Origin: Veleropilina oligotropha
Taxonomy: Eukaryota
Length of the DNA stretch: 64,000 nt
NCBI GenBank assembly: GCA_048128005.1
Contig: JBEUKZ010000016.1
Span: 1 to 64,000, forward strand
Direction of reading: 5' to 3'
Shown: piece by piece, positions 58,195-64,000 of the stretch
Position numbering within the stretch: position 1 is the stretch's first letter
Layout of the letters: every line of letters starts with the position of its first letter
Program-made: the position numbers and the translations under genes
The notes under the pieces: model-generated
Told to the model about the DNA's origin: nothing
What the model saw: the letters and a program-made list of their open reading frames with translations, nothing else
Database searches by the model: none

Positions 58195-59413
58195 ACATGT
58201 CCAGACATGTCCAGAAGACATGATCCATGTCACAGGTCCAGTCGAATTTATGTGATCATCATATGGCGATTATAAAATAGAGATTATTAATAATGCCATA
58301 TTTAAAAACGGGTGGATTATTATATGACATTAGCGTTGAAATATGACCCCCATTTTTAAAAATGGACGCTATTATTAACCGTGAAATAAAAAACAATGAC
58401 AGACATTCGCAGAAATATGACTCATGACATCACCAGATAAAAAAATAGAACAGAACAATCATACTAGTCCAGAACTGAACAACGAAGACTAGCATACGAA
58501 CATACTAGGCTAAACTAGCTAACATACTAGCTAACATGACCAAACTAGCTAACCTATACTAGCTAACACACTAGCTAACATACTAGCTAACATGACCAAA
58601 CTAGCTAACCTATACTAGCTAACACACTAGCTAACATACTAGCTAACATAGGCGATGCGCACATACTAGCTAACATAGACTATACCATCATACCAATTAG
58701 GGCTTGGGTTGAGGGGTTAGGGTTGACCTACTTAGGGTTAGGGTTGAGGGGTTGACCCACTTAGGGTTGACCTACTTAGGGTGACCTACTTAGGGTTGAC
58801 CCAATTAGGGTTAGGGTTTGGGTTAGGGTGAGCATACCAATTAGGGCTAGGTATACCATTTAGGGCTAGGGTTAGGGTGGGGGTTGGGGTTGACCCAATT
58901 AGGGTTGCCCTACTTAGGGTGAGCAATTAGGGTTAGGTATACCAATTAGGGCTAGGGGTAGGGTGGGGGTTGGGGTTGACCCAATTAGGGTTAGGGCTTG
59001 GGTTAGGGTGAGCATACCAATTAGGGTTAGGTATACCATTTAGGGCTAGGGTTAGGGTGGGGGTTGGGGTTGACCCAATTAGGGTTAGGGTTTGGGTTAG
59101 GGTGAGCAATTAGGGTTAGGTATACCAATTAGGGCTAGGGGTAGGGTGGGGGTTGGGGTTGACCCAATTAGGGTTAGGGCTTGGGTTAGGGCCAGGGTTG
59201 ACTTAGGGTTGATGACCCCATTAGGGTTGACCTACTTAGGGTTGATGACCTACTTAGGGTTGATGACCTACTTAGGGTTGACCTACTTAGGGTTAGGGTT
59301 GATGACCTACTTAGGGGTGACCTAGTTAGGGTTGACCTAGTTAGGGTTAGGGGAAACGCCCAAAACCTGGGGTTAGAACCCGAATCTGACCCTCAAGGGG
59401 CCCACATACTACT
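58195..59413 (-). repeat. Polinton right TIR with TTAGGG-variant array
   Basis: Reverse complement of the left TIR with repeat-copy-number differences. Confidence 0.92.
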
Positions 59414-60014
59414 CATATCGTTCATCAATGTTTTTCAATAACAGCAAATTAATTATTGTGTATATAATATATTTCTTGACGAAACGATAGAGAATACGCA
59501 AATATTTATATACATGTGTTTGAAGGTATTAAGACATTCTAGTAGGTTGTTTATGGGCAAATATATATACATGTTTTCGGCTAGCCAGATGCAAAATCTT
59601 TTGATTATTAAATGTTCTTCAACTCTATATAAGTATAGGTTATACCACGAGGTTTGGTTGTCTAATCGGAAAAGCTTGCCGTTAAATCACGAGGAGCGAT
59701 CGAAGCTGTTGTTTAACTGCACGGGCTTTTCCGATTAGATAACACAAACCGAGTGATATAACCGATTTAAACCAATACGAAAGTGTACACTAATTTAAAA
59801 TATATTATTTTAATAACCGAATACACCCGTTTTTAGTGTAAGAAAGTAGTCCATCGTGGTGTGACTGCCAATATGGTCAGTTAGACTAGGAGTGAATGAC
59901 ATCATAAAAATGTTCTAAATCTAAGCAACCGATGAATGGTAACAGTACATATACTTGCTATGGACAATGCTGAGAAAACGCGTAAAAAACGGTTCATGGT
60001 ACAGAAAATGAATT

Positions 60015-60097
60015 CGCTGTGAGCAGGGTTCGAACCTGCGCGAGAATATCCCATTGGACTTCATGTCCAATGCTGTAACCACCCGACCATCAACATC
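60015..60097 (-). pseudogene. tRNA-Ser pseudogene
   Basis: 3' half conserved, 5' half and anticodon loop diverged. Confidence 0.78.
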
Positions 60098-62267
60098 TTC
60101 TTTAACTGTAATCAATGGCCGTCATTAATTATTATAGAAAGCTTATCAAGAAAACAGTCGTTGCAAAACAGGTTTCTGAATTGGAGACCACACGTCCTGA
60201 TGACGTATGAATGGTTGATCAATAATATTGTTGCAATGAGACTACGAAGTTGATGGACAACCAATTGGCAGCCTACTGACATAACATGTGTGACGCATGT
60301 CTTTTGAGTTCGAAATTTGCAGTTCGGTTTAATTTTGATCTAATATTCCATTTTTCACCCTTTTAGGTCATACTAAGACATCAACACCGGACAACTGTGG
60401 CCGTTTTGGAACCAAGAGCTCTGCAGAACATTCGAACCCACGTCTGTGAATCAGAGCAGTCAAACGAGCGATTTGTGAGCCTCGCTATTATCCAGTAGGC
60501 CTACCACATCGTTCGGAAAATCCCGAGAAAGACGTAATCAGCAAATCCAGAGAAAGACCGTGGGGCTATTTGATTTGCACGGTCCTGGAACTAGAAACAC
60601 GAGATGCGCAATGGATTCAGTTCCGAGAACCGCCGTAGTAATCGAATGACCCTGTATGGTTCCGAGAGCCGGTTTACATAACAAATGTGACAGTTCCGAT
60701 TTATTAATAAGTCACCATGGCATTGAATATACAGATTATTGAGTTTAGTGTTTTAAACGAAGTTCTGCCGGTACGACGCAAGCGGATCATCAAATGTCTC
60801 AAGAATTGTCGCGGCTACGTGCAATAATGGGCGTAGCCGGGGGGACTAGGTGCGATCGTCCCCCCCCCCTTTGACAGAAAAGAAAATGATCATAAACATA
60901 TTTAAATGGTATATTTTAAATTGCGCCCTTTTACTCATAAAAGTGGTGAACGTACGTGGTTCATAAATGTTAGTAAAATACACCGCATTTGCAGGAAAAG
61001 AGGGATTCACACCATTTATTCATTTATTTATTCACTTTATTTATACTGGATCACATGATCAGTGCAATGCACTGTTCTCTCTTAGGGTCTAGTTGTATAC
61101 ATAGAGTTAATAAATAAAAAAAATAAAAAAATGCATGTACATTCCACAGATACATAAACATCAGTAAAAGTATTAATCGTCAAAATTTTCATCCGCGTGG
61201 GGAGAGGGCGAGGTCGTTGATACTACATTCATAGTATATTTCGATCCCCTCTCTTCATATTGGTTTCAATTTCCGGGCTACGCTCTTGTGCCTATTTATA
61301 TATCTACGTTGACCTATTGCTGTTTCTTTTGATTTATTCTGATATAGTCAGATAGTTGGAAAGCGAGATATTTTATTGTTAGGTAATGATTAAATTAATA
61401 AATTACGTGGCCAACACTGATATCGTAGTGAGTGGTAAAACAGAACGCGCAATGCGCCATATCTCCAAACAATGACCGTCCGTATTTTGTGAATAACCAG
61501 GGACTCGTGTTGCGAGACAATGTTGCGATCAACATCGATAAAAGATGTATAAAAGCATCGAGTCTGTTCATACAACACTTGCCCTTGCTAAGAATAAGTT
61601 CAAAAAAGTAACTTTGAAAAAATGAAGTAATAAGTAAGTATCCTTTATGATATCATAATAAGAAAGTTAAGTTTGTTCATGAACAAAAGTTAAATTTAAA
61701 ATATGTCTTGTACGATAATATATTTAATACTAGAATATATATTTATTATATTGTTATATTTATATACATACATAAATTATATGCATATATTTAAATATTT
61801 TATTATATATTATTTCTTTATATATATATATATATATATATGCATATATTGGCCTACATATACATGGATAAAAGGGAAATAGCACTGCTCTTTTAATTGT
61901 CAGACAGTGTGTGTGTGGCCGGTTTCCATTCCAGTGAAACAAATTGGTAACTTGATGCAGTTTTGACCATTGGCGGATGTCCTCTTGTCAACTCTGTAAA
62001 AGTCAACTTTGAGGTTAATAACTTTCGCAGATAAGCCTGGCTGATGCAGAATAAATTGGCTGTAGGAAAAATAATAGTTTAGTGTCTACTAGAATTTTAG
62101 TGTTGCTGGATACTCATGTATATATATGTTAGTTTAGTAAAATATTTAACCGTCATCAAAGCTTTGCGTTTTTTCAATAATAGTGGAACGGATTTGTGAG
62201 AGTGAAGTTGTTGTTTCAATAATAGTGGAACGGAGTACCTGCTGCACAGAATCTTGAATGGCTATAA

Positions 62268-64000
62268 TTACACAACCGAGTTAAGATCCAACTTCGTAAT
62301 AGACACAATAATCGTGTCTGTGTTCTTCTGCGTATGGAACGTAACTTCCGTTGAAGAACGCTGTTGACGTGAACTTCTTTCTTCTTTCGTCGCTTGAACC
62401 TTTTCCACCATATTTTCAGGCCAGTCTGATTCGTTTTCTTTCAAAAACTGCGGACCATTCCACCATATGGCGGACTGACACAGCTCTGATGCAGATATAC
62501 CACGTGTCACAAGATCTGCAGGATTCCTCTTGGTAGGGACATATCGCCACTGTTCTGGATTCGTAAGTCTATGGATTTCTCCGATACGATTCGTTACGAA
62601 TGGTTTGTATTGACGACTGCACCCTCGAATCCACCACAATACGTTCATACTGTCCGACCAAAAGACAGTGTCTTGCATCTTCTTCTCCATCACTCTTGCG
62701 ATGACTTCTGCCAGTTTCAACCCCAGGATAGCCGCCATTAACTCCAGACGTGGAATGCTAACCGCTGTGAGGGGCGCAACACGTGTCTTTGAAGTGACTA
62801 ATCGACAGGTAACCAAACCGCTTTGATATTCACACCTGATGTATGCTCCCGCCCCGTAGGCATCTTGGGAAGCATCAACAAACACGTGCAGACCTTCTGA
62901 GATGACAATTTCTTCAGTCCTCAAACATCGAGGAATGTTGACTTGCTTCAACTGGGTTAGCTATGAGAACCATTTCCAAGCCCTGGCTGCTAAGTCTGGA
63001 AGTTGCTCATCCCACTGTATTCCAGCCATCCACGTCGTCTGAAGTAAGATCTTAGCCCGGACGCAAAACGGACCTAAGAATCCCAACGGATCAAACATGG
63101 TTGCTATCTTTCGTAGGAAGCTCCGTTTTGTCAGGTGAAATCCTTCATCTGGCGGGTTGATGTTAAAGGTGAACGTATTTTCACCAGCCTTCCACAATAC
63201 TCCAAGAGTCTTCATTGCTGGTAGGCTTTCTTTGTCCAAGTCTATTTCCACGACCCGATCCTCTTCTGGAATTCTTTCCAGAACTGCAGTTGAATTGGAA
63301 AGCCACTTCCGAGCGTGCATGCCAGCGCTTTCCCACAGATCGGAAAGTTGTTCGTACAACTCTATTCCCTCTTTTTCATCCTCCACAGAATCCATACTAT
63401 CGTCCATATACGTTGACTTCAAGATTACTTCGGCTGCTCGAGGGCTTCTCTCTTTATTCTTCTCAGCATGCTTCTGAGCCACGAATTGAGCTTGAAATGG
63501 AGAGGAGTTGACACCAAATACGACTCTATTAAATTCGTATATCGTAGGAACTGCATCCTTGTCCATGTCTCTCCAAAGAAACCTGTGGTAACGTCTTTCT
63601 TTTGGTGCTATTTCGATTCGCAAGTACATTTCTGCAATGTCGCACATCAAAGCAATGGGATATCTTCTGAATCGAATCAAGACATCTATTAAGTCGCGTT
63701 GCAGCTTTGGTCCTTGCAGAAAATCATCATTCAAGGAAACATCTCCATACTTTGCAGAAGCGTCGAAAACTATTCGAACTTTTGTTGTTGCTTTATCCAT
63801 TATAATGACTGGGAAGCGTGGCAAATACCACCCGTCGTTGTCTTGGAAATCTTGTTCAACTCTTCTTATGTATCCCTTCTCTTCATATGATCTGATGATC
63901 TCGGAATACTTCTCTGCAACATCCCGTTCTTTCATCAATCTTTTCTCTGTGTTGCCCAGACGCGAAGCGCCATTCCGTAATTGTTTGGCAAGTCTGGTGC
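62268..64000 (-). pseudogene. BEL/Pao LTR retrotransposon pol remnant (RT and RNase H), runs off the window
   Basis: RIVFDAS, DIAEMY, FGVNSSPF, YMDD, FDPLG, FVDAS, SIPRLEL and NPAD motifs; stop near 62961; integrase missing. Confidence 0.92.

Larger units (their letters stand above)
42568..59413. mobile_element. Polinton/Maverick (polintovirus-like), complete
   Basis: AGTAGT...ACTACT termini, 6-bp TSD CATATC (42562-42567 and 59414-59419), ~1.2-kb TIRs, pPolB, ATPase, capsid and integrase genes. Confidence 0.97.

Overview
Eukaryotic, AT-rich, repeat-dense DNA, most likely from an invertebrate animal. No ordinary host protein gene is recognisable. The scaffold is a decaying array of about ten minus-strand tRNA-Ser genes and pseudogenes (anticodons CGA and TGA) expanded by nested mobile elements: a fragmented L1/Tx1-like LINE, a ~9.8 kb Helentron/HINE-like element, an intact-looking DIRS retrotransposon inside a Harbinger remnant, several MITEs, a SINE, a BEL/Pao pol remnant, and a complete 16.8 kb Polinton/Maverick (42568-59413; AGTAGT termini, CATATC target-site duplication). 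The Polinton is the most unusual part. (i) Its pPolB gene has no AATAAA and is followed by a genome-encoded segmented poly(A) tract and then a complete type III hammerhead ribozyme. (ii) It carries a small GC-rich non-histone ORF, resembling bacterial polymorphic-toxin RNase domains, that ends in a canonical histone stem-loop plus downstream element. (iii) pPolB is preceded by a tandem array of E2F/CCAAT/kB-like sites. (iv) Its TIRs contain telomere-like repeats in telomeric orientation. (v) It is inserted a few bases upstream of a tRNA-Ser pseudogene and has no visible protease gene. All family assignments come from motif recognition by eye, not from database searches.
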